64,000 nucleotides of DNA from Cyanophora paradoxa CCMP329 (Eukaryota > Plantae > Glaucophyta): the NCBI GenBank assembly GCA_004431415.1, contig QPMI01000392.1:21168-85167 (forward strand), given 5' to 3'. The notes beneath the pieces were generated by a model, which was given only the letters and a program-made list of their open reading frames with translations, was not told where the DNA came from and ran no database searches. Each line of letters begins with the position of its first letter. Position 1 is the first letter of the stretch. This document shows positions 24,715-37,449 of the stretch, piece by piece. Made by a program: the position numbers and the translations under genes.

Positions 24715-27700
24715 CAGCGCCGGCTCGCAGAAGGGGCGGCCTGGTCGATTCCGGCTACGGCGTGTGCATCCCCCCCCCAAGCCTCCCGCCCCTCTCCCGC
24801 CCCCCCGCCCTCGCTCACCCTGCCCCCCGTGCGGCCGGCAGCAGCAGGCTCGCGGTAGGGGCGGGCTGGTCGATTCCGGCTACGGCGTGTGTACCCCCCT
24901 AAGCCGCCCCCCGCCCCTCCCTTGCCCCCCGCCCTCGCTCACCCTGCCCCCCCGTGCGGCCGGCAGCAGCTGGCTCGCAGTAGGGGCGGCCTGGTCGATT
25001 CCGGCTACGGCGTGTGTACCCCCACTGAGCCTCCCGTCCCTCCCTCGCCCCCCCGCCCTCGCTCACCCTGCCCCCCGTGCGGCCGGCAGCAGCAGGCTCG
25101 CGGTAGGGGCGGCCTGGTCGATTCCGGCTACGGCGTGTGTACCCCCCTAAGCCGCCCCCCGCCCCTCCCTTGCCCCCCCGCCCTCGCTCACCCTGCCCCC
25201 CGTGCGGCCGGCAGCAGCAGGCTCGCGGTAGGGGCGGGCTGGTCGATTCCGGCTACGGCGTGTGTACCCCCCTAAGCCGCCCCCCGCCCCTCCCTTGCCC
25301 CCCGCCCTCGCTCACCCTGCCCCCCGTGCGGCCGGCAGCAGCTGGCTCGCAGTAGGGGCGGCCTGGTCGATTCCGGCTACGGCGTGTGTACCCCCACTGA
25401 GCCTCCCGTCCCTCCCTCGCCCCCCCGCCCTCGCTCACCCTGCCCCCCGTGCGGCCCGCGGCAGCTGGCTCGCGGTAGGGGCGGGCTGGTCGATTCCGGC
25501 TACGGCGTGTGTACCCCCCACTGAGCCTCCCGCCCCTCCCTTGCCCCCCCGCCCTCGCTCACCCTGCCCCCCGTGCGGCCCGCGGCAGCTGGCTCGCGGT
25601 AGGGGCGGGCTGGTCGATTCCGGCTACGGCGTGTGTACCCCCCACTGAGCCTCCCGCCCCTCCCTTGCCCCCCCGCCCTCGCTCACCCTGCCCCCCGTGC
25701 GGCCCGCGGCAGCTGGCTCGCAGTAGGGGCGGGCTGGTCGATTCCGGCTACGGCGTGTGTACCCCCCACTGAGCCTCCCGCCCCTCCCTTGCCCCCCCGC
25801 CCTCGCTCACCCTGTCCCCCGTGCGGCCGGCAGCAGCTGGCTCGCAGTAGGGGCGGGCTGGTCGATTCCGGCTACGGCGTGTGTACCCCCCATTGAGCCT
25901 CCCGTCCCTCCCTTGCCCCCCCGCCCTCGCTCACCCTGCCCCCCGTGCGGCCGGCAGCAGCTGGCTCGCAGTAGGGGCGGGCTGGTCGATTCCGGCTACG
26001 GCGTGTGTACCCCCCATTGAGCCTCCCGTCCCTCCCTTGCCCCCCCGCCCTCGCTCACCCTGCCCCCCGTGCGGCCGGCAGCAGCTGGCTCGCAGTAGGG
26101 GCGGGCTGGTCGATTCCGGCTACGGCGTGTGTACCCCTTAGGCCTCTCGCCCCCCCCTCGTGCACCCCCGCCCTCGCACGCCCTCGCTGCCTCTTCTCTT
26201 GAGGGTCTCACCGAAGAGCCCCCGGGCCCGCCCAGGGGTACAGGCGCCGTAGCCGGAATCGACCAGGCGGGCTATCAGGGGGCGAGGCTCGGTCCGCCCG
26301 TACCCCCCACTCTGCCCGCTCCCCGCGACCGCCGCTCGCCCCGTCTCACCGAAGAGCCCCCGGGCCCGCCCAGGGGTACAGACGCCGTAGCCGGAATCGA
26401 CCAGGCGGGCTATCAGGGGCGAGGCTCGGTCCGTCCGTACCCCCCACTCTGCCCGCTCCCGCCGCTCGTTCCGTCTCGCCGAAGAGCTCACGGGCCCGCC
26501 CAGGGGTACAGGCGCCGTAGCCGGAATCGACCAGGCGGGCTATCAGGGGCGAGGCTCGGTCCGTCCGTACCCCCCACTCCGCCCGCTCCCGCCGCTCGCC
26601 CCGTCTCAACCGAAGAGCTCACGGGCTTGCCCAGGGGTACAGGCGCCGTAGCCGGAATCGACCAGGCGGGCCATCAGGGGGCGAGGCTCGGTCCGGCCGC
26701 ACCCCCCCACTCTGCCCGCCCCCCGCCGCTCGCCCCGTCTCACCGAAGAACCCCCGGGCCCGCCCAGGGGTACAGGCGCCGTAGCCGGAATCGACCAGGC
26801 GGGCTATCAGGGGGCGAGGCTCGGTCCGCCCGTACCCCCCACTCTGCCCGCTCCCCGCGACCGCCGCTCGCCCCGTCTCACCGAAGAGCCCCCGGGCCCG
26901 CCCAGGGGTACAGGCGCCGTAGCCGGAATCGACCAGGCGGGCCATCAGGGGCGAGGCTCGGTCCGTCTGTACCCCCCACTCTGCCCACTCCCGCCGCTCG
27001 TTCCGTCTCGCCGAAGAGCTCACGGGCCCGCCCAGGGGTACAGGCGCCGTAGCCGGAATCGACCAGGCGGGCTATCAGGGGCGAGGCTCGGTCCGTCCGT
27101 ACCCCCCACTCTGCCCGCTCCCCGCGGCCGCCGCTCGCCCCGTCTCGCCGACGAGCCCACGGGCTTGCCCAGGGGTACAGGCGCCGTAGCCGGAATCGAC
27201 CAGGCGGGCTATCAGGGGGCGAGGCTCGGTCCGTCCGTACCCCCCACTCTGCCCGCTCCCCGCGACCGCCGCTCGCCCCGTCTCACCGAAGAGCCCTCGG
27301 GCCCGCCCAGGGGTACAGGCGCCGTAGCCGGAATCGACCAGGCGGGCCATCAGGGGCGAGGCTCGGTCCGTCCGTACCCCCCACTCTGCCCGCTCCCGCC
27401 GCTCGTTCCGTCTCGCCGAAGAGCTCACGGGCCCGCCCAGGGGTACAGGCGCCGTAGCCGGAATCGACCAGGCGGGCCATAAGCGGCGGGCCCGGTTCGT
27501 CCGTACCCCCGCTCTCCCAGCACCCTCTGGCCGCTCGCCGCGTCTCACCGAGGGCTCGCGGGCCCGCCCAGGGGTACAGGCGCCGTAGCCGGAATCGACC
27601 AGGCGGGCTATCAGGGGCGAGGCTCGGTCCGTCCGTACCCCCCACTCTGCCCGCTCCCCGCGGCCGCCGCTCGCCCCGTCTCACCGAAGAGCCCCCGGGC

Positions 27701-28300
27701 CTGCCCAGGGGTACAGGCGCCGTAGCCGGAATCAACCAGGCGGGCTATCAGGGGGCGAGGCTCGGTCCGGCCGTACCCCCCACTCTGCCCGCTCCCCGCC
27801 GCTCGCCCCGTCTCACCAAAGAGCTCACGGGCCCGCCCAGGGGTACAGGCACCGTAGCCGGAATCGACCAGGCGGGCTATCAGGGGGCGAGGCTCGGTCC
27901 GCCCGTACCCCCCACTCTGCCCGCTCCCCGCCGCTCGCCCCGTCTCACCGAAGAGCCCCCGGGCCTGCCCAGGGGTACAGGCGCCGTAGCCGGAATCGAC
28001 CAGGCGGGCCATAAGCGGCGGGCCCGGTCCGTCCGTACCCCCCACTCTGCCCGCTCCCCGCGTCCGCAAACTGCCGGATGTCCTCCGCCCCGTCTCACCG
28101 AAGAACCCCCGGGCCTGCCCAGGGGTACAGGCGCCGTAGCCGGAATCGACCAGGCGGGCCATAAGCGGCGGGCCCGGTCCGTCCGTACCCCCCACTCTGC
28201 CCGCTCCCCGCGTCCGCAGCTCGCCCTGTCTCACCGAAGAGCCCCCGGGCCCCGCCCAGGGTTACAGGCGCCGTAGCCGGAATCGACCAGGCGGGCTTCG
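24715..28300. repeat. Bipartite array 2: 12 A units (+, ~124 bp), then 16 B units (-, ~130-150 bp)
   Basis: A cores 24742-26137; reverse B cores 26235-28288. Confidence 0.97.
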
Positions 28301-28568
28301 AGGGGCGAGGCCCGGCCCCCTTCCGTACCCCCCGCCGCCCCCGCTCCCCAAGCATATCCTTCCTCTCTCTTTCCACCCCTTTCGTCCCCCTGCCCCCCTC
28401 CCCCCCCTCTTTCCCTCCCCCCCCCCTCCCCCTATCTCCATCCCCCCCCCCCCCCCCCTCGTCTCGATCCGGCCCTCGGCCGCGAGGGCGCGCGGCCCGG
28501 TTCAATTTCTTGTAACACGCATCCCACAAGCTCGCTTGCCTACCCCCCCGCGCTCTCCGGGCCGGGGC

Positions 28569-29674
28569 CTACTGCTTCCCGCCGACCCCCATCGCGGCAA
28601 AGAGGGCGAGGGGCACGCCGAGGCCGCGGTGCTGCCCGCCGCGCGGCCCGATGCGCTCGGGGCGCATCGCGAGGGCGGGCGCCTTGTTCTCGTCGACCCA
28701 GCGGACGCAGAGGTCGCGCCCCGAGGCCCGCCCCGCCCGCTGCACCGCGACGCCGTTGGGCCCCGGGAGGCGCTCGCCCGCGCCAAAGATCCGCTCGGGG
28801 AAAAAGACCAGGTGCGCCGGCGAGCGCGGGTGCGGCACGCAGCGCTCCGGGTCCGAGCGGGACTCGTGCAGGCGGCGGAGGAACCAGGCGACGGCCTCGG
28901 CCGAGACGCGCGGGTCGCCCGTCGCCGGCGGCGCCCCGCCGGCGGCCCGCCTCCCGTCGGCCGCGTCGCGCAGCGCCCTGGCCTCTTGCGCCTCGCGCGC
29001 CTCGGAGGCGAGGCGGGCGGCAAGGGCGTCCAGGCGGGCGTCGGCGGCGAACCCGCCGCGCACGACGGCGGCGAGCTCGGCCGGCCCGAGCCCCGCGACG
29101 GCCCCGGCGAGCCCCTCGACGGCCTCGGCCCCCTCGGCCGGGGCGGAGCCCCCGCGGCGGCCGCGGCGGCCAGCAGGCGGCGCGCCCGCTCCCCCAGGTA
29201 CGCCTCCGGGTGGAGCCGCAGGATCCCCGTCCGCTCCGGGCGGTCCCCCCACGCGAGGCGGCAGGAGAGGGCGACGAGGGCGCACAGGTTGGCGAGGTCG
29301 GCCGCCTCGCGGGCCTGGGCGCGGCCCCAGCGGTGCCCGCCCTCGGGCGAGTACCCCTCGCCGTACGCCGCCCAGAGGGGCGCGGGGTCGGCCCCGCCGG
29401 CGGCCGCCGCCGCCTCCGAGTCGTCCCAGCAGGCGTCGCTGGGCGCGAGCTCCACCTTGGACGCCCAGCGGGCCCCGCAGGCGATGCGCGCCTCGGCGTA
29501 GACGCGCTCGTCGCGGCTGCGCATCGTGGTCCGCCCCCGCCGGGCCCCGCCCTCGCCCGCACCGCCGGCGTCTTGAAGGCGCGCACGCGGGCCCCAGGGC
29601 GGCGGCGGCGTGGGCCACGAGCCCCGCGGCGAGGCGGGCGGCGAGGCGCCCGAGGTCCCCGCGCTCCGCCCCGC

Positions 29675-29706
<32 letters not shown>

Positions 29707-32700
29707 CGGTCGGCCGGCCGCGCCGCCGGCTCCAGCGCGAGCAGCTCGGCCGCCTCGACGAGCGGCGCCCGCCGGTGCGCGGCAAAGAGGCGCCCCTCGC
29801 GCGCCGCCTCGCCAACCCGCCGCGCCGCCGCCGCGTCGGGGTCCGGGAGGGGCGAGAGGATGGCCGACGGGGTCACGGGCGGCTCGCAGCCGGCGGCGAG
29901 GAGGAGGAGGGCGGCGCTGCGGCGCGAGTGGGCCTCGTCGGGGGCGTCGGGGAGGATGTTGCGCCCGCCATCCTGGCCCCGCACGTGCGCCACCGTCTCC
30001 ATGTGCGCCAGAAAGGCGGCCCCGTAGCCGCGCAGCGCCGCGTGGTGCGCGTCCCGGGCCCGCAGGGCGAGGCGGAGCTCGGCGGGCCCGACCTCCTCCT
30101 CCCGCAGGCGGTAGTCGGCGGCGACGCGGCCCAGGCGGTACCCGCGCCGCTCCGCGTCGGCGACGCCGCCGGCGGCGTCGTCCACGTCGCCCCCGAGGCC
30201 GTGCATCGCCTCTTGCACGCGCCCCTCGCGCCCCGGCGCGAGGGGCGGCGCCGCGGCGTGCGGGAGGACGATCTCGATCTCGAGGGCCCGCTCCGCGGCC
30301 CACTTGGCCTCGGCCTGCAGCGCCTCGTCCCACGCGGGCTGCGCGCCGCCCGGGAGGAAGACGCCGCGGGCGCCGGCGGCGAGCATGCGCATGTGGACGG
30401 CCACCAGCGGGTCGGCCCGCGAGGCCCGCAGCACCGCCAGCTTGTGCGCCTGCACGCGCAGCGCCGCCCGCATCTCGTGCGAGGCGAGGGCGCCGGCGAG
30501 CCCGCGGCGGCCCCAGGTCTCCTCCAGGGCCCGCTCCCGCGCCGCCAGGATCGCCTCCGGGTCCGTCTCCCCGGGGTCGCCGCCCTCGCCCCCGCGCCCC
30601 TCTTCCTCGGCCGCCTTTTCGTCCTCCTCCTGACCGCCGCCGCCGTCGCCGACGCAGAGGATGACGCGGTCGCTGCGGATGCAGCGGACGCGGCCGGCGA
30701 GCTGCCAGAGCTGCACGACGCTCCCCGTGCGGCCCGACTCGGCGATGACGAGGACGTCGTACGGGTGCTCGGGGTCCGTGTAGTCGGCCCCCTGGTGGAT
30801 GGCGTAGTTGTACGCAAAGAGCCGCACCTCGCGGCAGACGTGCCCCTTGTCCAGCGCCCGCGCCCGCTCCTCGGCGCGGGCGTCGGCGTAGACGTAGAGG
30901 TCGCGCTCGCCGCCGCCGCGCAGGCCCGGGTGGCCGCGGACGGCGCCCATCGTGCGGAAGAGGGTGCGGCGGTCCGAGCTGGCGACGGCGACGCGGCGGC
31001 CGCCGAGGAGGAGCGCCGCCACGATGTCCCCCGCCATCCCCAGGGGGTACGCGAGCGCCTCGCGGCGCGCGGCGGGGCCCCGCGGGGCGGGGCGCAGGGT
31101 GTAGGAGACGACGCGGGCGGCGCCGGGCGCGGCCGGCTCCGGGTGGCGCAGGGCGAGGTAGTAGTCGACGTCGTGCTGGCAGAGGTCGGCGTCGGAGACG
31201 AGGACGATGGAGGCCTCGCGCAGGAGGCGCCCCAGGCGCGCCAGGGCCTGGTTCTGGCGCGCCTCCGGCGCCAGCGTCTCCGAGAGGACGGCCGTCACGA
31301 TCGCCTTGGCCCCCTCGTCGAGGATCACGACGGGAAAGACCCCGTCGAAGCGCCGGACCGACTCGACGGTGCTGAGGAGCGCGGCGGCGTCGGGCGCCCC
31401 GTCCCGCACGTCGCGGTACGAGACCCACCGCGCCACCGTCGCCCACTCGGGGTCCCGCTGAATCTCGGGCGCGTGCAGCCGCCCCGCGACGAGGTAGAGG
31501 ATGGAGCGCTGCCCCTCGGCGAAGCGGACGCCGAAGCGGGCCGGGTCGGCCACGATCGCGCGGGAGATCGAGACGCAGGCGCGCGTCTTGCCGTCCCCCA
31601 TGCCCCCCCGCAGGAAGAGGGTGCGCGCCTGCCCCTCGGGGCCCTCGAGCTCGCGGGCGATGCGCGCCCCGTCGACGTAGCGCCGGTTCGGCCCCTCGCC
31701 CCCGGCGTCGTCGTCGATCCCCAGCCACGCCGCCTCCAGGTCGGGCCGCCCCGCCGGCGGCGCCAGCGGCCTCCCGAGGCTCGGGAGCGGGACGCGGGCC
31801 CAGAGGGCCGCCTGCTCGGGCGCCACCTCCAGGGGGGTCGGCCCGTCCGGGGAGCCGGCGGGGGCCGCCAGCCGCTCCTCGAGGTGCGCGGCCAGCCCCG
31901 CCACGAACTTCTGGCGCGCCGCCGACATGGTCGGCTGGGCCGCCCGCGGCCCCGTCGCCCCCAGCAGGCCCGTCGACGCGGGGAGGAGGCCGGCGGCGAC
32001 GGCGGCGCCGACGGTGGCGCGGTGCACGGCCCGCTGCACGGCCGAGATCGACGAGGTCCAGGCGCGCCCCAGGCGGACCTCGGGCGCCGCCTTGGGGCCC
32101 GGGCCCGGGCCCGAGCCGGCGGCTCCGGCGGCGGCCGCCGCCTCCGCCGCCTTCGCCTCCTCGCAGGCGTCGCAGGCGTGCGCGCGGGCCGTCCCCTCGA
32201 GGGCGTCGACGCGCACGAGGCCGCGGCGGTCGCCGCAGAGGGCGCAGGGGGCCTTGACGCGGTACTCGACGGTGTCGGTGCCCAGGTCGGCGCGGGCCGG
32301 GTACGGCGCCGCCGCCGGGTCCGGGAGCGCGAGGGGCGGGAGCTCGCGGGCGGCGCGGGCGGCGGAGATCGCGGCGTTGGCCGCCTCGGAGAGGAGCGGG
32401 AGCCAGCGGCCGAGGGCCTCGGCGGCCTCGGGCGGCGGCGGGGCGGGGAGCCCCTCGGCAAAGGCGAGGGCGCCCCGCAGCGGCCGCTCGGCGCACGCGA
32501 GGCTGAAGCAGTGGGCGGAGCCCGCCAGCACGCCCCACGCCCCAAACGGGGCGACGGCGAGGCGCGTGTTCTGGCTGCTGTGGACGCGCCCGTGGAGGCA
32601 GGGCCCGCCGGCGGGGCGCGAGACGTAGGCCTCGACCTCACCGCCCTGTCGCTCCCACTCCCGGCCGCTCTCGGCGGGGTAGACGGCGCGGGCGAGGCGG

Positions 32701-34052
32701 AGGCGGTCCGGCGGCACCTCGGGCCCGCTCGGATCGACCGCGGCCGCCGCGGCGGCGGCCGGGTCGGTCGCGCCCGGCGCGCCGCGGCGGGGGCGCTTGG
32801 GCCCGCGGCCGCGCGGCCGACCGCCCTCTTCGCGATCGCCGGCGCCCTCTGCCCTCCGCTTGGGGGCGGCCCGGCGGGCGAGGTCGGCGCCGGCGGGGCG
32901 CGGGAGGGCCGGGAGGTCGAGGAAGACGGCCTCGGCGAGGGCGGAGCGGAGCCAGGCGTAGAAGTCGCGGTTCCAGGCGACGATGGCGGGGTCGGCCCGC
33001 GCCGTGCAGAGGTCGACGGCGTCGCCGCGGGCGGGATCGACGAGGGCGGCCCGGTCGGCGATCGCCACCGGGTAGCGCAGCGTCCAGCCGTGGTAGTGCG
33101 TGTCCTCCCGCATCCCGCAGTTCGGGTTCCACGTGCTCACGTCCACGGCCCCCGCCTCGAGCAGGGCGCCGGCGAGCGCGGGCCCGAGCTTGCGCTCCAT
33201 CCAGGGCTTCACGACGGCCGCGAGGGCGTCGGCGCCGCGCCACGAGGACCGCCTCTTGTCGACCATGCCGGGCACGGCGCGCGTGCCGGCCGACCGCGAG
33301 GCCCGCTTCCAGTCGCCCGGGAAGCGGGCGCGGGCGCGGGCGAGCCTGAGCTCCCACTGGCGCAGGTCCTCGGCGTCGTAGAGGCGGGCGGCCTCGGAGC
33401 GGGCGATCAGCTCGCGCTCCATCACGACGACGTGGAACCCCTTGAGGCCGCTGAAGACGACGAGGGCGCGCAGGCCGGACGCCTCGCAGGCGGCGGCGAG
33501 GTCGTGGGCGAGGCGGGCGACGCGGGCCACGTCGGGGAGGCGGCGGCAGTACTCGCCCAGCGTGCGGGCCTCGGCCAGGACGCCGCAGAGGTACTCTTTC
33601 TTGCACTCGGCCCGCTGCGCGTCGCCCACCGCCCCCTCGCAGACCTCGGCCGGCACCTCGACGTGCACGTCGAGGTCAAAGGCGCCCAGAAAGGCGAGCT
33701 TGGCGGCGCGGCCGTCGCGCAGCCGGACGGCCGGCTGGAGGCAGACTTGGGCGACGTTGCGGGGGCGGGACGCCGACGGGGCGCCCTGCACGCCGGCGAG
33801 GGCGTCGAGGGGGACCCGCCGCCACGAGGTGCGGTAGATGGCGTCCCGGTGCGCCCCGGGGCGCCCGATCTTGACAAAGAGGGCGGCGCTGGCAGGGTCG
33901 ACGTCCGAGGCGGGCGGCACCGAGGGCTGCGCGCGGGGGGGGGCGACGCCCGCCGGCGCCGCCGCCCCGTCCCTGGCGCGCTTCGGCGCGGGGACGGGCC
34001 CCGCGGCGCCCCTCGGCCCGGCGATGCAGAGCGGCCCCTCGGCAAGTTCCAT
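28569..34052 (-). CDS. AEP primase + Zn finger + UL9-like superfamily-2 helicase (viral-type replication / origin-binding protein)
   Basis: AEP motifs FDLD, FSGLKGFH, VDVSTW; CLHGRVHSSQN..HCFSLAC Zn finger; UL9-like motifs RGGMGDGKT, STVESV, VILDEG, SDADL, YNYAIHQGADY, WQLAGRVR. Compensating frameshifts ~29150-29590. Confidence 0.88.
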
Positions 34053-34425
34053 TCCGTTCTCGCTTTTTCCCTGGCGCAGGCGAGGAATGGCGATCAACGC
34101 CCCTGCTCCCCGCGGGGCGGGCCCCTTTTCTTGGCGGAAACGAACGGGAATCCCGCGCCGCGGCCGGCCGTACCCCCGACCTCCGCGGCCGGTGCCGCTC
34201 CCCGCGCGATCCGAGCCGGCGGGGCGCGGCTCCCCGCCCGCCGCGTACCCCGGCGAGGTGCCCCGAGCCCCTCCCCTCCCCGCCCCCGTCCCCGCCCCGC
34301 ACGCCCGCCGCGTCCGACCATAAAAGGGCGCCCCTGGGCGGGGGGTAGACGAGGAAGAGCGAGGGGTGCGCGACCGCAGTACCCCGTCCGCTCGAACTCG
34401 GTCGACGCAGGGTTCTCCCTACCCC

Positions 34426-35100
34426 ATGAGCGCCCGCGGGCACCGGGCCACCCCGTACCCCAGGCGCTTCGGCGGGGAGCGGGACCCGCTCCGCGCGCGG
34501 AGCGGGCACGGTCTGCACGAGTACGACGCGGCGCGCGGCTCCATCCGCGTGCCTCTGCCCGTGGCGCGCGGCAAGTCCTGGGTCGAGACCGAGGTCGTCG
34601 AGGCGCCGGCGGGGGGCGACCCGCGCACGGACCCCGCCGCCCTCGCCCGCTTCGTCTCCCTCGGCCACCTCGCCGCCCTCACCTGCTGGTGCATGCGGAA
34701 CGCGTCGAGCGCCGAGCTGCCGGCCGGCGCGGCCGGCGCCGACGAGAGGGACCCGTGCGCGGTCTGCCTGGAGCCGCACGCGCGGCCCGTCCGCCTCGCC
34801 TGCAACCACGTCTTCTGCCTCCACTGCCTCGCCTCGCTGCCCCCCGCCGACTTTCGCTGCCCCCTCTGCCGCGCCGCCCCCGGCGCCGGCATCACCTTTC
34901 TCGCCGGCGAGCACGCGGCGCGGTGGCGGGCGGACCCGCAGGGCTACGGGCGGCGCCTCGACGAGGGGGCGGCGGCGCTCCCCGCCTGGGCGCCGCAGGC
35001 GTTTCGCGATCGCTACCGCTCGGCCGCGTGGCTCGTCCCCCCCGAGCTGCACTCGGGCCCTCGCCCCCGGCCCGCCCCCGCGGCCGCTCACGATCAGTGA
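34426..35100 (+). CDS. C3HC4 RING finger protein (putative E3 ligase)
   Basis: CAVC..LACNHVFCLHC..CPLCR; ATAAAAGGG 34320; GGGAATCCC 34146 in the intergenic region shared with the divergent primase gene. Confidence 0.85.
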   Translation: MSARGHRATPYPRRFGGERDPLRARSGHGLHEYDAARGSIRVPLPVARGKSWVETEVVEAPAGGDPRTDPAALARFVSLGHLAALTCWCMRNASSAELPAGAAGADERDPCAVCLEPHARPVRLACNHVFCLHCLASLPPADFRCPLCRAAPGAGITFLAGEHAARWRADPQGYGRRLDEGAAALPAWAPQAFRDRYRSAAWLVPPELHSGPRPRPAPAAAHDQ

Positions 35101-35153
35101 TCCTCCCATCTTCCCCCTTGCAATATTAATTGATTGGAACGTGCATGTGCTCT

Positions 35154-35790
35154 CGGTGAGACGAGGCGAGGGCGCGGCAGGGGGCGGGGGGGGCGGGGGT
35201 ACGGCCGAACCGAGCCCCGCCGCTTATGGCCCGCCTGGTCGATTCCGGCTACGGCGCCTGTACCCCTGCGCGGACCCGCGAGCTCGCGGTGAGACGAGGC
35301 GAGGGCGCGGCGGGGGGCGGGGGGGGCGGGGGTACGGCCGAACCGAGCCCCGCCGCTTATGGCCCGCCTGGTCGATTCCGGCTACGGCGCCTGTACCCCT
35401 GGGCGGGCCCGTGAGCTCTTCGGTGAGACGAGGTGAGCGGCGGGGGGCGGGGCGAGCGGGGGGTACGGACGGACCGGGCCCACCGCTTATGGCCCGCCTG
35501 GGCAATTCCACCGATGTCCTGCGGGTCCTCGCTGAGAGGATGCGGGGGGCCAGGGGTAGTCGAAGAGGGATGGAAAAGGGCAGCGTTAGCAGGGGTACAC
35601 ACGCCGTAGCCGGAATCGACCAGGCCGCCCCTACTGCGCGCCAGCTGCAGCGAGCCGAACGGGCCGCAGGGCGAGCGAGGGCGAGCGCGAGGGGCGTACG
35701 AGAATCGGAGAGGGCGCGATTGAGGGGTACACACGCCGTAGCCGGAATCGACCAGGCCGCCCCTACTGCGAGCCAGATGCAGCGAGCCGT
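35154..35790. repeat. Bipartite array 3: 2 B units + truncated unit (+), then 2 A units (-)
   Basis: B cores 35237, 35370; reverse A cores 35592, 35724. Confidence 0.93.
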
Positions 35791-36027
35791 ACGGGGTGCT
35801 CGCCGCGGGTGCGCGAGGCCGGGGGTGCGCGAGGGGGTCCCCCGAACGGGCCCGCTCGGGCGTGGCATCTGCCAGATCTAGAGCAGCGGGCGGCCGCCGG
35901 CCAACTCGCCACAGGCTCGGCGAGGCGTGACGCGACCTTGCGCTCGAGCTCTTTTCCCTGCGAGGGCTGGGCTTCACGTGAACGGGCCGGGAAGGATTGA
36001 GGGGGGTAGGGCGCAGCGGGCTCCGTC

Positions 36028-36099
36028 GGGAATCCCAACCGCGGCCGGGAATCCCCCACGCTCCCGGGTCACCAAGGGAATCGTGGGTCTATAAAAGGG
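36028..36099 (+). promoter_or_regulatory. GGGAATCCC x2-3 + TATAAAAGGG
   Basis: Motifs at 36028, 36047, 36076; TATA 36090; duplicated at 38140-38211. Confidence 0.7.
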
Positions 36100-36205
36100 T
36101 TCGCGGCCGCTCCGGTCGGCATCGAGCGTCATTCGCACTCGCGGCCTCGCACGCGCACCCGAAAGCTTACACCAGCCCAGACCTAGACCGCCCCAGCGAT
36201 CGATC

Positions 36206-36817
36206 ATGAACGCCGCCAAAGTGGAGAGCCTGGTCATTCGCGCGACGGACCTGTTCGAGGACGACGAGCCAAAGCTCGTCGCCGCCGGCGCCAAACGGCC
36301 CCTCGACGCGCACGAGCGGATTTTCAGCTCTAAGCCTCTGGAGGAATGCAGCCCCAAGGAGCACCGGGAGATCCTCCGGGTCTGCGCCGACGGAGCCCGC
36401 GAAGTCGTGAACCTCGACTGCCGCGCCAGGATCGACGCGAAGCGCGCCAGAGCCGTAGACGCCATCGACCGAGCCTTCAAGTGCGCCCGTATCGAGCGAT
36501 ACGCCGGCACCACATCCGACAACTTCTGTAAGAAGATCAGCAATTACCAGGGGGCATGGACGGATGCGAAGAGCTTCCCCCGCCTCGAGCGGGAGATGTG
36601 GGATGGCTACGTGAACGAAGGCAGCCGGTACCGCGGGCCCCGGGCGAACAGCGGCGGGTACGCCAAGGCGGAGCTCGCGTTCCGGCTCTACCGGGAGGCG
36701 GTGCTCTGCCAGGAGCTGGAGTGGCGCAAGCCGATCTACGAAGAGCTCGTTGCCGAGCTCGACGCGGCCCTCGCGGCCGCCCCCGCCCCCGCCCCCGCTA
36801 GCGCTCGTGACCAGTGA
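36206..36817 (+). CDS. Hypothetical protein, 203 aa (duplicate, lacks FRKKGQ)
   Basis: Promoter motif; ORF conserved in the duplicate. Confidence 0.85.
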   Translation: MNAAKVESLVIRATDLFEDDEPKLVAAGAKRPLDAHERIFSSKPLEECSPKEHREILRVCADGAREVVNLDCRARIDAKRARAVDAIDRAFKCARIERYAGTTSDNFCKKISNYQGAWTDAKSFPRLEREMWDGYVNEGSRYRGPRANSGGYAKAELAFRLYREAVLCQELEWRKPIYEELVAELDAALAAAPAPAPASARDQ

Positions 36818-37449
36818 TCCTTTCCCTCTCCCTTCTTCCCCTTGGCCGTACCTGTACGCGTGGGGCCTCGCCTTTTCTCTCCAGACCCGCATGTATACGT
36901 ATATGTGTGTTGCGTGAAACAAACGTTGTAACTAATTTATAAACCGACCCGTACCAGTGTGAACCATTGAACGCTATATATAGCTACGTATACCCACACT
37001 GTGTGTGAGACTCAGAGAGTGATCATGGGAGGAAATCTAGAGACGATGCGAATTCGAAGAGCAAGAACGTTAACGGGTACGCGAGCTTAGGCCGTACCCG
37101 AAATCCGGAATCGGTCACACCGCCTACAACGTATATTTTACGTATATGTACGTATACTGCCGCAGTGCAGCCGCACGCCCCGCGCGCGATACCTCTGCCT
37201 TCTGTTATGCGTACTACGCTAGCTTTCGCTAGAATACGTTTACTAGTACGTATACGTTTACGTATGGAAGTACTGGTGCAAGCATGGGCATTGATATTCG
37301 CATGCATCCTTATGCATCGTGGCCATGGCGTGAAGCTTATATCGCCTTTGACGCAGAACCGTACATGTAATTATATCCAACCAAATGCAAGCTAATTACA
37401 AGCGTTACTGCCAAGCGCATGCATACGTATATGCGACCTCCCAATCGCC

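Larger units (their letters stand above)
36013..37136 (+). repeat. ~1.1-kb direct duplication, copy 1 (promoter + gene + 3' region)
   Basis: Near-identical to 38125-39287 (offset 2112 at the 5' end). Confidence 0.95.

Noticed and set aside
24764-28234. Repetitive ORFs (LVDSGYG / WSIPATA) in the arrays
   Set aside because: Translation of tandem repeats; unit lengths vary by non-multiples of 3.
24715-28300. CRISPR array (constant 30-bp repeat with intervening sequence)
   Set aside because: The ~95-110-bp linkers are homologous to each other rather than unique, there are no cas genes, and the context is eukaryotic.
29140-29600. Programmed frameshifting or pseudogenisation in primase-helicase, YR, GIY-YIG, 54-56 kb and 62-63 kb genes
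   Set aside because: Shifts fall in G/C homopolymers and catalytic motifs are intact; deletion-riddled units at 12170-12330 point to long-read consensus errors. Needs read polishing to be sure.
29610-35129. 1839-aa plus-strand ORF and 1332-aa alternative-frame ORF
   Set aside because: Antisense and off-frame shadows of the very GC-rich primase-helicase gene; Arg/Gly/Pro-rich with no motifs.
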